A stretch of DNA of 64,000 nt from an uncultured Actinomycetota bacterium (GTDB taxonomy: Bacteria > Actinomycetota > Acidimicrobiia > Acidimicrobiales > Bog-793). Under the pieces are notes generated by a model. It worked only from the letters and a program-made list of their open reading frames with translations. It had not been told where the DNA came from and made no database searches. Below, piece after piece: positions 53,683-63,163 of the stretch (positions are counted from its first letter, which is position 1; every line of letters starts with the position of its first letter). The stretch covers positions 401,958 through 465,957 of the forward strand of contig CAVTJR010000001.1 of the NCBI GenBank assembly GCA_963735115.1, read 5' to 3'. The position numbers were made by a program, and so were the translations under genes.

Positions 53683-54774
53683 ATGGCGGAAGCAACCGAG
53701 GCGAGTGGGACGCGTGTGTCCTCCGTCAGCCGGTGGAAGCGATTTGGCAGGGATCGGCTGTACGTCAACGCCTCCGACGGGCGCTCGATCGGTTGGCTCG
53801 ACCTCACCACCGGAGAATGCGTCCTCGAGCGGCCAGCCATGCTGCCGGCCTTCGAGGAGGCGATCGAGCGCTGGAGGGCTGCGCAGCTCATCAAGTCGGC
53901 GGGCGCCGACACCGTCGGGACTGGGCCGAGGTCGGCGGGCGCCCCGCCTGACCCGGACGGGGCGAGCATCCTCCAGTTTGCGACTCGCGAGCACGAAACC
54001 AGCGCCGACGAAAGCGAGCGGGACGGCGCCCCGATCGTCAGCATGAAACGGCGACGGCTCCACGCCATGCCGGGACGCTACGAAACGCCGCCCGAGGTGA
54101 CCCCTGGCGGATCGGTCGCCTTCCAGCCATTGACGGTGGTCCCTCCCGCAGGCGAGGAGTCGAATGACGTTGCAGCCAGCCTCGCCGGCCAACCTGTCCC
54201 GCCGACCTCCGAACCACGACAGCAAGCTGCGCCGGCACGGACGTGGCTGGCCCGCCTCTTCGGCCTGAGCGTCGCCGAGCGGGGCTGGCACTCCGGCGCG
54301 ACAGGTGACTCCACCCTCGCAAACGAGCTCTCCAGGCTGGGGAGCGGATGGCACGTGCTGCACTCCGTCCCGATCGGTCACCGCGGTGCCGACATCGACC
54401 ACGTCGTGATCGGGCCTGCGGGCGTCTTCACCGTCAACGTCAAGCACCATCCCAACGCCAAGGTGTGGGTCGCCGAGGACACGATCCTCGTGAACGGCTA
54501 CAGGAAGTTCTACGTTCGCAACAGCCGTCACGAAGCGGGCAGGGCGAGTCGGCTCCTTTCGGCCGCCTGCCGCTTCCCGATTCCGGCCACTGGAGTGGTC
54601 GTCTTCGTCAACGCGGGTGGCTTCACGGTCAAAGCCGAACCGAGAGACGTGCAGGTGATCAACCGGCTGGCGTTCGTGCCCTGGCTGCGATCGCTGCCGC
54701 GCCGGCTCAGCGCCGACGAGATCGGAACCATCTTCGACGCCGCCCGGCAGTCGTCGACCTGGAAGGAGACGTAG
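53683..54774 (+). CDS. NERD-domain protein
   Basis: Start at the ATG at 53683 after GAAGGTGAGGG. The C-terminal GWHVLHSVPIGHRGADIDHVVIGPAGVFTVNVKHH...VNGY is the NERD nuclease-like core. The long upstream extension of ORF 52720.. is antisense to the MMPL and GNAT genes. Confidence 0.75.
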   Translation: MAEATEASGTRVSSVSRWKRFGRDRLYVNASDGRSIGWLDLTTGECVLERPAMLPAFEEAIERWRAAQLIKSAGADTVGTGPRSAGAPPDPDGASILQFATREHETSADESERDGAPIVSMKRRRLHAMPGRYETPPEVTPGGSVAFQPLTVVPPAGEESNDVAASLAGQPVPPTSEPRQQAAPARTWLARLFGLSVAERGWHSGATGDSTLANELSRLGSGWHVLHSVPIGHRGADIDHVVIGPAGVFTVNVKHHPNAKVWVAEDTILVNGYRKFYVRNSRHEAGRASRLLSAACRFPIPATGVVVFVNAGGFTVKAEPRDVQVINRLAFVPWLRSLPRRLSADEIGTIFDAARQSSTWKET

Positions 54775-54848
54775 CCCTCGCCAAGTTGCCCGCGCGAGCC
54801 GGCCGCGACATGCTCGGCGGGGGCAGCCCTCTCCTGAAAGGACAGATC

Positions 54849-55331
54849 ATGGCGATCGCAGTTGGTGACCTCATCCCTGACGTCGAGGTGCAGACAATGA
54901 CTGAACGAGGGCCGAAGCCGGTTCGCACGGGCGAGGTGCTCGGCAAGGGCAAAACGGTGCTCTTCGCCGTACCGGGAGCGTTCACTCCGACGTGCTCTGA
55001 CTACCACTTGCCGGGTTTCGTGCGCCGTGCCGAGGACTTGAGGGCCAAGGGCGTCGACACCATCGCCTGCATCTCTGTCAATGACGCTTTCGTCATGGGC
55101 GCATGGGGCCGGGACCAGAACGTGGGGTCGAGCGTCCTCATGCTCGCCGACGGCAACGGTGCCTTCACGAAGGCGGTCGGCCTCGAGATGGACGGCAGCG
55201 GCTTCGGCCTCGGCCAGCGGTCGCAGCGGTACGCCCTCGTCATCGATGACGGCATCGTCAGCCACGTCCTCGTGGAGCCCAAGGGCGGCCTCGACGTCAG
55301 CTCGGCTGACTCGGTCCTCGCCTCCCTCTGA
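54849..55331 (+). CDS. peroxiredoxin (Prx5/atypical 2-Cys type)
   Basis: VLFAVPGAFTPTCS peroxidatic Cys motif. 160 aa. Confidence 0.85.
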   Translation: MAIAVGDLIPDVEVQTMTERGPKPVRTGEVLGKGKTVLFAVPGAFTPTCSDYHLPGFVRRAEDLRAKGVDTIACISVNDAFVMGAWGRDQNVGSSVLMLADGNGAFTKAVGLEMDGSGFGLGQRSQRYALVIDDGIVSHVLVEPKGGLDVSSADSVLASL

Positions 55332-55406
55332 GCGCCCTCGCCTACGGCGCCGCGGCCCCCGGCCGACGCAGGGCGAACGCGCACCCCCTGAGTATCCTCA
55401 CGGCTC

Positions 55407-56072
55407 ATGGCGATGGACTTCGGGCTGGTGCCGTCCTGGCGCGCGGTCGAGCCACGTCCTGCCGGCATACCGGAGGACATCGCCGCTCGATACGTCTCTC
55501 GGGAGTGGCGCAACGCCATCGCCGTCCTCCGAGGCGCCTATCCCGGCGAATGGGACGATCTCCTTTCTGTGCTGCGCGACTTCAGACTGTGCCGCACGGC
55601 CCTTCAGACAGGAGGCGGTAACAAGACCGAGATCGCCAGGTCTATCGACGAGCACTTCAGAGCACTCGGTTGGCAGGAGACCGACTTCGACACCCGCGTG
55701 TCGGTTCGCCAGCACCCGAACGTGGGCTCGGAGGAGGTATTCGAGTACAAGAGCCCGACGCACAAGGTCGACAGCTTCAAGAACCATGTCGGTGTCGAAG
55801 TGGAGTGGAACAATAAGGACACGTTCTTCGATCGCGACCTGAACAACTTCCGCCTGCTCTTCGAGCTGCGGGTGATCGGAGTGGGAGTCATCATCACGAG
55901 AGGCGAGGACGTCCGCGACTTGGCGATCGCTCTGGGGCGAAGCCCCGGGACATATGGAGCGACTACGACGCGCTGGAGCACCCTCGTGCCGAGGATGGAA
56001 GGCGGCGGCGGGGGCGGTTGCCCGCTGCTCGCTTTTGCGATCACGAAGGACTGCTATGACCCGGACTGCTGA
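55407..56072 (+). CDS. type II restriction endonuclease, BglII/BstYI-like fold
   Basis: THKVDSFKNHVGVEVEWNNKDTFFDRDLNNFRLLFELRVIGVGVIITRG resembles the D...(E/Q)V(E/Q)-x-N core of the BglII family. It sits adjacent to a methylase. Confidence 0.55.
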   Translation: MAMDFGLVPSWRAVEPRPAGIPEDIAARYVSREWRNAIAVLRGAYPGEWDDLLSVLRDFRLCRTALQTGGGNKTEIARSIDEHFRALGWQETDFDTRVSVRQHPNVGSEEVFEYKSPTHKVDSFKNHVGVEVEWNNKDTFFDRDLNNFRLLFELRVIGVGVIITRGEDVRDLAIALGRSPGTYGATTTRWSTLVPRMEGGGGGGCPLLAFAITKDCYDPDC

Positions 56073-56670
56073 GCAGTCGCTGCTCGAGCTGCCGGGAGGC
56101 CCGTTTGCGACCGTGCTGGCTGACCCGCCCTGGCGGTTCCAGAACCGGACCGGCAAGGTTGCACCTGAGCACCGGCGGCTCTCGCGCTACGACACGATGA
56201 CGGCGAAGGAGATCGCTTCCCTGCCAGTAGCCGAGATCGCCTCCCCGCGGAGCCACCTCTACCTCTGGGTGCCCAACGCCCTCCTGGCAGATGGCCTGAT
56301 GGTCCTCGAGGAGTGGGGTTTCACCTACAAGGCCAACCTCGTCTGGCACAAAGTGCGCAAGGACGGTGGATCAGATGGGCGGGGTGTGGGCTTCTATTTC
56401 CGCAACGTCACCGAGATCGTGCTTTTCGGCGTGCGGGGCACGATGCGGACGCTGCCTCCGGGACGCAGCCAGGTCAACCTGTTGGCAACGCGAAAGCGCG
56501 AGCACTCCCGCAAGCCCGATGAGCAGTACGGGATCATCGAGAGCTGCTCACCCGGTCCCTACCTCGAGCTGTTCGCCCGTTACCCGCGCCCGGGGTGGTC
56601 CGCCTGGGGCCACGAAGCGGACGGCGAGATCACGCCCCGTGGGAGGCTGCACAAGGGCTACGGCGGCTAG
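56056..56670 (+). CDS. MT-A70-family DNA N6-adenine methyltransferase
   Basis: Catalytic DPPW (VLADPPWRF). SHLYLWVPN...EWGF. HSRKPDE near the C-terminus. It overlaps the endonuclease 3' end by 17 nt. Confidence 0.8.
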   Translation: MTRTAEQSLLELPGGPFATVLADPPWRFQNRTGKVAPEHRRLSRYDTMTAKEIASLPVAEIASPRSHLYLWVPNALLADGLMVLEEWGFTYKANLVWHKVRKDGGSDGRGVGFYFRNVTEIVLFGVRGTMRTLPPGRSQVNLLATRKREHSRKPDEQYGIIESCSPGPYLELFARYPRPGWSAWGHEADGEITPRGRLHKGYGG

Positions 56671-56745
56671 CGGTCGGCGCTCTCGCCCCGCTGCAGCGAC
56701 GTCGGCTCGTTGTGATGTGAGCGTCCTTGCCCTTCTGGAGGGGTT

Positions 56746-56768
56746 AAAGGGTCGCATACCGTCCCTTT
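56746..56768. terminator. candidate bidirectional hairpin between convergent genes
   Basis: AAAGGG-tcgcataccgt-CCCTTT followed by TT. The stem is weak and the loop long. Confidence 0.3.
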
Positions 56769-56821
56769 TTGCTTCCAGAATCGGACCAACCGGCGTCGGG
56801 TCGAGGCCGGCTCCGTCGCAT

Positions 56822-59800
56822 TCAGCGGTAATCCCTCGACGGCGTGACGGCGAGCACGCAGTCGACCTCCTCCAGGTACTCGGCCACCAGGTTCGCCCCT
56901 GAGGGTGCCTCCGGATGGGCTCCGGTCGCTCGCTCGAGGCGTCCCCGCACCAGCATCACGACTGCCGAACGAGCTGCCCGTCGGTAGCGCACCCACAGTC
57001 CCGCCGAGCAGATGACATTGACAAGGCCGGTCTCGTCCTCGATGTTCAAGAACGTGACTCCGCCGGCCGTTGCCGGCCGTTGCCGGTGGGTGACGATCCC
57101 GGCGATCGTGACCTTTGCGCCATCAGGCACGTCCATGAGCGCCGAGATGGGGACGGCTCCCCTGCGATCGAGCTCTGCCCTGGCAAAGCTCATCGGCGAC
57201 GAGTGCGGCGACAGGCCAAGTGTCTGCAGATCGGCTGCCATCTCCTCGGCCGAGCTCATGGGCGGCAGCGGAGGCGCGTCGGTCCCTAGGATCACACCCG
57301 GGATCCGGTCAGGACGGGACTCAGCGGCTGCACCAGCCGCCCAGAGCGCCTCACGCCGGCCGTAGCCGGGAACCCTCACGTCCGCACCAGGACTCGCCGA
57401 GGAATCGTCGAGGGCGCTGACGGCTCCGGCCGTCGCCAGCGACTCGAGCACCGTCCGGTTGGCTCCGGTCCGCCGTGCGAGATCCTCCAGATCGCCATAC
57501 GGCCGGCCGGCGGCGATCTCCTCGGCCAGCTCGTTCCCAATGCCCTTTATGGAGTTGAGACCGAGACGTACGACGAGCGTGGGCTCGGCACGATCCACCT
57601 CCAGCGATGCCACTGCCTCGCTCCGGTTCACGTCCGGGCCGAGCACGCTCACCCCATGGCGGCGGGCGTCGGCCACGAGCGTGTGCGGCGCCCAGAAACC
57701 CATCGGCTGCGAGTTCAACAGCGCCGCCAGGAATTCTGCCGGGTACCGCAGTTTCAGCCAGGCGCTCACATAGACGAGATAGGCGAAGGAGACCGAGTGG
57801 CTCTCGGGGAAGCCGAAGCTGGCGAAAGCCCGCAGCTTGTCCCAGATCTCCTCGGCAACCTCGCCGGTGATGCCTCGTTCAGCCATGCCTCCGAACAGGC
57901 GGGCGCGGAGGCGTTCCATGCGGTCCGCCGAGCGTTTCGATCCCATGGCTTGACGTAGCTGATCGGCTTCGGCCGCCGAGAAACCCGCCGCATCGATCGC
58001 CATTTCCATCAATTGCTCCTGGAACAACGGCACGCCGAGGGTCTTGGCGAGGCAGCGCTCGAAGATGGGATGCAGGTACGTCACCGGCTCCAGGCCGTTC
58101 CGCCGCCTGATGTACGGGTGCACCGATCCCCCTTGAATCGGCCCCGGACGGATGAGAGCGACCTCGACGACGAGGTCGTAGAAGCATCTCGGCTGCAGCC
58201 TCGGCAGCGTCGCCATCTGCGCCCGGCTCTCGACCTGGAAGACGCCCACCGAGTCGCCCCGGCAGAGCATCTCGTAGACAGCCTCCTCCTGCGGGATCGT
58301 GGCGAGCTCGAGCTCGACTCCATGGTGGGCCTTCACGAGATCGACGGCTCGATGGATCGCCTCGAGCATCCCGAGGCCGAGGAGATCGAACTTCACAAGG
58401 CCGACGGCGGCGCAGTCGTCCTTGTCCCACTGAAGGACAGTGCGACCTTCCATGCGCGCCCACTCGACCGGGCACACCTCCGAGACGGGACGATCGCAGA
58501 TCACCATTCCGCCGGGGTGAATCCCGAGGTGCCGGGGGAAGCCTTCGAGCTCGGTCGCCGTGGCGAGCACCGCCGGCGGGATGCCGAGCTCGTTGTCACC
58601 TCGGCTGGCCGTGCCACCGGCAGGAGAGCCCGTCGTCCACGGCATCGGCTCGGGGGCGACGTCGTCACGGCCCGGAAGCTCGGGCCCATCGGGGGCTGTT
58701 GACTTGCGGGTCTTGCCGGACTTGCGCGCCGCCTCCCGCTCGGCGAGGTCACGCGCCACCGCCCCGCTCCACCACGACCAGTGCCCACTCCGGCCCCCGG
58801 TATTGACCGGTCGGTGGCCGCCGAGACCGCTCCAACGGTCGATCTGTTTCGACCATTTGTCCACCTGGCCCTGCGGGTGCCCGAAGGCCTTGCCCGTGTC
58901 CCGCACCGCCGACCGTGCCCGGTAGGTCACGACTACGGCGACGAGTGCCGCTTGCTCACGGCCGTAGCGCTCGTAGACGTATTGGATGACCTCCTCCCGC
59001 CGTCCGCTCTCGATGTCGACGTCGATGTCGGGCGGCCCGTCACGCTCGGGCGACAGGAACCGCTCGAACAGCAGGCCGAGGGTGACGGCGTCGGCATTCG
59101 TGATGCCGAGGACGTAGCAGACCGCTGAGCTGGCGGCCGAGCCCCGGCCCTGGCAGAAGATGTTGCTCCGACGGCAGAACTCGACGATGTCGAAGACGAC
59201 GAGGAAGTACCCCGGGAAACCCAGCTCCTCGATCAAGCTCATCTCGTGATCCAGCTGCTGCCAAGCGCCGGGCACCCGCTCGGCGTGGCGTGGGCCGTAG
59301 CGGATCGCCCCACGCACTTCGACGAGAGAGCGGAGGTAGCCCATCTCCGTCTCGCCGGCGGGGACGGGAAAGTCAGGCAACCGCGGGGCGACGAGCTTCA
59401 GGTCGAAAGCGCACGCTCGCCCGAGCTCGCCGGCGAGCTCGACGGCTCCGGGGTAACGGGCGAACCGCCTCGCTTGCTCGGCCCCGGACCGCAGATGGGC
59501 CATCCCGGCGGCCGGCAACCAGCCGTCGAGGTCATCGAGCGGCTTGCCTGATCGCACCGCTGCCAGCACCGTCGCCATCCTGCGGTTGGCCGGGACGGCA
59601 TAGTGCACGACGTTCGTGGCGACGATCCCGACACCGCGACGAGCGGCGATCTCGGCGAGGGCATCGTTGCGGGCTCCGTCGAGTGGGTCGCCGTGATCCC
59701 ACAGTTCGACCACGACGTTGTCCTGCCCGAAGATCGCCACCAGCTTGTCCAGCTCCCGTGCCGCCGCTGCGGGGCCCGCATCGACAAGAGCGGCCGGGAC

Positions 59801-60334
59801 AGTCCCCTTCCGGCACCCGGATAGGACGAGGAAGTGGCCGCCCGAGAGCTCCCCCAGCCGGAAGAGGTCGTGACGAGGCCTCCCCTTCTCCCCTCCGGCA
59901 AGGTGCGCCTCGCTGAGAGCGCGGGCAAGGCGTGTGTAGCCCTCCGGGTCGCGGGCGAGCACGACGAGGTGGGCACCCTGCGGGTCGGGGATGCGGGTCC
60001 GCGCCGGTGCCGGTGCCGGTGCCGGTGTTGCTGGTGCCGGTGCCGGTGCCGGTGCCGGTGTTGCCGGTCCTGCTGGGCCTGACCCCGTTGCTGGCGCCAG
60101 CGTCAGCTCCGAACCGAAGACGGTGCGCACCCCGAGCTCCCGTGCCGCCTCGAAGAAACGCACCACCCCATACAGCCCGTCATGGTCCGTCAGGGCTAAG
60201 GCCGCGAGCTGGAGGCGTGCCGCCTCGGCGACGAGCTCGTCAGGGTGTGAAGCTCCGTCTAGGAAGCTGAAGCTCGAGTGGCAGTGCAGCTCGGCGTACG
60301 GAGTAGGGGCCTTGACCGTCCCCCTCGGTGTCAC
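56822..60334 (-). CDS. dnaE2: error-prone DNA polymerase III alpha-like subunit
   Basis: PHP domain opening YAELHCHSSFSFLDGASHPDELV. Pol III alpha core and OB fold, about 1170 aa. An SOS box lies upstream. GTG start at 60334. Confidence 0.85.
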   Translation of the reverse strand: MTPRGTVKAPTPYAELHCHSSFSFLDGASHPDELVAEAARLQLAALALTDHDGLYGVVRFFEAARELGVRTVFGSELTLAPATGSGPAGPATPAPAPAPAPATPAPAPAPARTRIPDPQGAHLVVLARDPEGYTRLARALSEAHLAGGEKGRPRHDLFRLGELSGGHFLVLSGCRKGTVPAALVDAGPAAAARELDKLVAIFGQDNVVVELWDHGDPLDGARNDALAEIAARRGVGIVATNVVHYAVPANRRMATVLAAVRSGKPLDDLDGWLPAAGMAHLRSGAEQARRFARYPGAVELAGELGRACAFDLKLVAPRLPDFPVPAGETEMGYLRSLVEVRGAIRYGPRHAERVPGAWQQLDHEMSLIEELGFPGYFLVVFDIVEFCRRSNIFCQGRGSAASSAVCYVLGITNADAVTLGLLFERFLSPERDGPPDIDVDIESGRREEVIQYVYERYGREQAALVAVVVTYRARSAVRDTGKAFGHPQGQVDKWSKQIDRWSGLGGHRPVNTGGRSGHWSWWSGAVARDLAEREAARKSGKTRKSTAPDGPELPGRDDVAPEPMPWTTGSPAGGTASRGDNELGIPPAVLATATELEGFPRHLGIHPGGMVICDRPVSEVCPVEWARMEGRTVLQWDKDDCAAVGLVKFDLLGLGMLEAIHRAVDLVKAHHGVELELATIPQEEAVYEMLCRGDSVGVFQVESRAQMATLPRLQPRCFYDLVVEVALIRPGPIQGGSVHPYIRRRNGLEPVTYLHPIFERCLAKTLGVPLFQEQLMEMAIDAAGFSAAEADQLRQAMGSKRSADRMERLRARLFGGMAERGITGEVAEEIWDKLRAFASFGFPESHSVSFAYLVYVSAWLKLRYPAEFLAALLNSQPMGFWAPHTLVADARRHGVSVLGPDVNRSEAVASLEVDRAEPTLVVRLGLNSIKGIGNELAEEIAAGRPYGDLEDLARRTGANRTVLESLATAGAVSALDDSSASPGADVRVPGYGRREALWAAGAAAESRPDRIPGVILGTDAPPLPPMSSAEEMAADLQTLGLSPHSSPMSFARAELDRRGAVPISALMDVPDGAKVTIAGIVTHRQRPATAGGVTFLNIEDETGLVNVICSAGLWVRYRRAARSAVVMLVRGRLERATGAHPEAPSGANLVAEYLEEVDCVLAVTPSRDYR
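60003..60068. repeat. 2 x 33-bp tandem repeat ((GCCGGT)4 GTTGC[TC]GGT) inside dnaE2
   Basis: It encodes the PATPAPAPAPA PATPAPAPAPA insertion in the PHP region. Confidence 0.85.
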
Positions 60335-60357
60335 TCAAACAAGGATAGCCTCTTTCA

Positions 60358-60371
60358 CGAACGCTTGTTCG
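60358..60371. promoter_or_regulatory. candidate LexA (SOS) box upstream of dnaE2
   Basis: CGAACGCTTGTTCG (GAAC-N4-GTTC palindrome), 24 nt upstream of the dnaE2 start. Confidence 0.6.
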
Positions 60372-60532
60372 TAGACCGTAACCCGGCTACGCCTCCCGCC
60401 CTCTACCCGGTCGCCGACCCCTCACTCTCGGCGACTCGAGCCGTTCACGCCGAACTGGTAGCGGATTGGGACGCCCGCCGTCCCAAACTGCTACCAGAAC
60501 CTCGCCGGCGGCGGCGACCAACGCCGATGGCG

Positions 60533-62345
60533 CTACTCGGCGACCTCGGCCGGGCTGGCAGCGTCGGCTGCATCGTTGCCGGGGGCCGGCGTGGCGGACG
60601 TCGCCGGAGTCACCGGTTCGGCCGGCTCAGCCGGCTGGGGCGGGGCGGGCGAGGCCGGCGGGGCGGGCGAGGCCGGCGGAGCGGGCGAGGCCGGCGGAGC
60701 GGCGGGGAACTCGACGACGAAGGTGGCTCCTCCCCCAGGCGTCTGGCGGATCGCCACCTCACCCCCGTGGGCCGCCACGACGGCGGCGACGATGGAGAGC
60801 CCGAGACCGGTACCCCCGCTCGACCGCTGGCGCGACTGGTCCGCCCGCCAGAAGCGCTCGAACACGTACGGCATCTCCTCAGAAGGGATGCCAGGCCCGT
60901 GATCGATCACGGAGACCGCCACCCGGGTTCCTTGCCACATGGAGCTATCGGCCGTGACCGGCGAAGCACCGACCCCGCCAGCAGCTGTCCCGTTCTCCTG
61001 ACCAGCGCCATCGCGATCCCCGACGACGAGATCGGACGCACCCAGCGGTCGCACGGGCTGACCCTGGGAGTCGGTCGGTCCATACGGTCGAGCCGAGCGG
61101 CTGAGGCGACCGAACACGCCGACCGTCGGAAGGGTCGGGGCCCCCGGCAACCCGGTGACGTCCACTGGTGCCCGATCCAGGTGGATCGCCACCTCGATCG
61201 GTGACCCTGCCGGTGTGTAGGTCATGGCGTTCATGATGAGGTTGCTCAGCACCTGACGAAGTCGCTGTTCGTCGCCGATGACGAAGCACGGCCCCGTCGA
61301 GACGAGGCGGATCGAACGGGCCGGCTCCACGACGCCGGCGTCCTGCACGGCATCGGCCGCGAGCTGGGCGAGATCCACCCGGTCGTGCCCGAGTGGCCGG
61401 CCTTGATCGAGCCGTGCCAGCAGCAGGAGGTCGTCCACGAGGCCGCCCATGCGGGCCGACTCGCTCTCGATACGACTGAGCGCCGCCGCCAGGTCCTCCG
61501 GGCGCCCGATAGGGCCGTTCTTGAACAGCTCGGCGTAGCCGCGGATAGAGGTGAGCGGCGTTCGCAGCTCGTGAGAGGCATCGCCCACGAAGCGCCGTAA
61601 CCGCTCCTCCGATGCTTGTCTCTCCCGGAAAGCTCGTTCGATCTGGGTCAACATGGCGTTCAGGGCCGCCCCCAACTGCCCGACCTCGGTGCGTTCGTCG
61701 GTGTCCTCGACGCGACGCGACAGAATCTCCCGCTGCGATCTCACCTGCGGTCTGGGCCATCTTTTCAAGCGGACGCAGGCCGAGCCACACGAGCGCGCCG
61801 GTTGCAAGGACGAGGGCTAGCAGGACGAGGAGACTGACGATGAGGTCGACGGTCCGGTGGTGATTGAGGGTGGTGTCGACTGCTGTCAGGGGCACACCGA
61901 AGGCCACGACGGGAAATGGCGCATTGAGCTCCGATCCCGGCTCGACAAGGACCCGGTAGCTCTGACCGCGTTGATCGACGCTCGTGAAGACCACCCGGTT
62001 GCCCGCAAACGCCTCCGTGAGGGCCCAGGCTGGGATGTTCGGCGCGTACCCGCTGTTCTGATTGCAGACAACCTGAATGGCGGCGGTCAAAGTCGAGGTC
62101 GGGCTCTGTTCATAGGCCCGTGCGAAGGTGTTCAGCTGGATCCCGTCGCAGGCGTCCGGGGGCGCCTCCCCGCGTATCGCTCCAATGACGACGTGGTTGA
62201 GCGAGACGGCGCTCTGTTGCAGACCCTGGTCAGTCTGAGAGATGAGGGAGGACTTGAGGGAGCTGTACGTGATGGCGTCAGTGACGAAGAGAGCCGCCGC
62301 TCCGAGAACGACGAGAAGCAGGATGAGTCGTGTGCGGAGGGGCAC
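60533..62345 (-). pseudogene. sensor histidine kinase (MprB/MtrB-like) with a single-base frame disruption after the HAMP region
   Basis: N-terminal half in one frame (two TM helices, ..LRPLEKMAQTAGEIAAGD). H-box SHELRTPLTSIRGYAEL and the ATPase domain (GGTGLGLSIV) in another. The frames join only if one T of GGAGATTCTGTCG (61721-61730 on the + strand) is removed. Confidence 0.8.
60643..60696. repeat. 3 x 18-bp tandem repeat in the kinase 3' end
   Basis: GGGCGGGCGAGGCCGGCG x3 (last copy has 1 mismatch). It encodes PPASPA x3. Confidence 0.85.
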
Positions 62346-62367
62346 GGTCGGCCTTCGCCCGCCGGCT

Positions 62368-63075
62368 TAGTCCCGCGGCGGGCGCAGCACGTAGCCGACG
62401 CCGCGCACGGTGTGGATGAGATGCGGCTCGACGAAGTCGACTTTCTTGCGGAGGTAGCTCACGTAGGTCTCGAGGACGCCGGCGTCGCCGCCGAAGTCGT
62501 AGCTCCAGACGTGATCGAGGAGCTGCGCCCGCGTCGAGCACGCGACGAGCGTTCACCAGCAGGTAGTGGAGCAGGCGGTACTCCGTCGCCGTCAAGTCGA
62601 TGAGCTGTCCGGCGCGTCGGACCTCGTGGGCGTCATCGTCCATCTCTAGGTCGGCGAGGACGAGCTTGTGGGCCGCCTCGCCGTGTCCGGTGCGTCGCAG
62701 GACGGCGTGGATGCGGGCGACGAGCTCGGCGACGCTGAAGGGTTTCGTGACGTAGTCGTCACCGCCGATCGTGAGTCCGCGGACCTTGTCCTCGGTTCCA
62801 TCCCGGGCAGTGAGGAACAGGACGGGAACGTCGTGGCGGTCCCGCCGCACACGCTCGGCGATGCTGAAGCCGTCGAGGTCGGGCAGCATCACGTCGAGCA
62901 CGAGCAGGTCCGGGCGGAAGTCCTCCAGCCGCTGGAGCGCCGGGTAGCCGGCGTTCGCCGTCTCAACCGTGAAACCCTCGTACCGCAGGGCCATCGCCAC
63001 GAGCTCGGTGATCGACTCCTCGTCGTCCACCACGAGCACGCGGCGGCCATTTCCTTGGCCTTCGGCGAGCATCAC
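62368..63075 (-). pseudogene. OmpR-family response regulator (MprA-like) with a frame disruption in the DNA-binding domain
   Basis: Receiver domain intact (VLVVDDEESI..DLLVLDVMLPDLDG..LTARD..KPF). After ..LLHYLLVNARRVL the conserved RAQLLDHVWSYDFGGDAGVLETYVSYLRKKVD...VRGVGYVLRPP continues in another frame to the TAA at 62368. The shift is near 62531-62545. Confidence 0.8.
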
Positions 63076-63163
63076 CCTCTCAATTTGCCAGGAAAAGCTG
63101 TGAGATTGCTGAGAATAGCTGGAGAGCCGTCGCAGATACTGGTCGCAAGGTAGCCAGCTCGCC

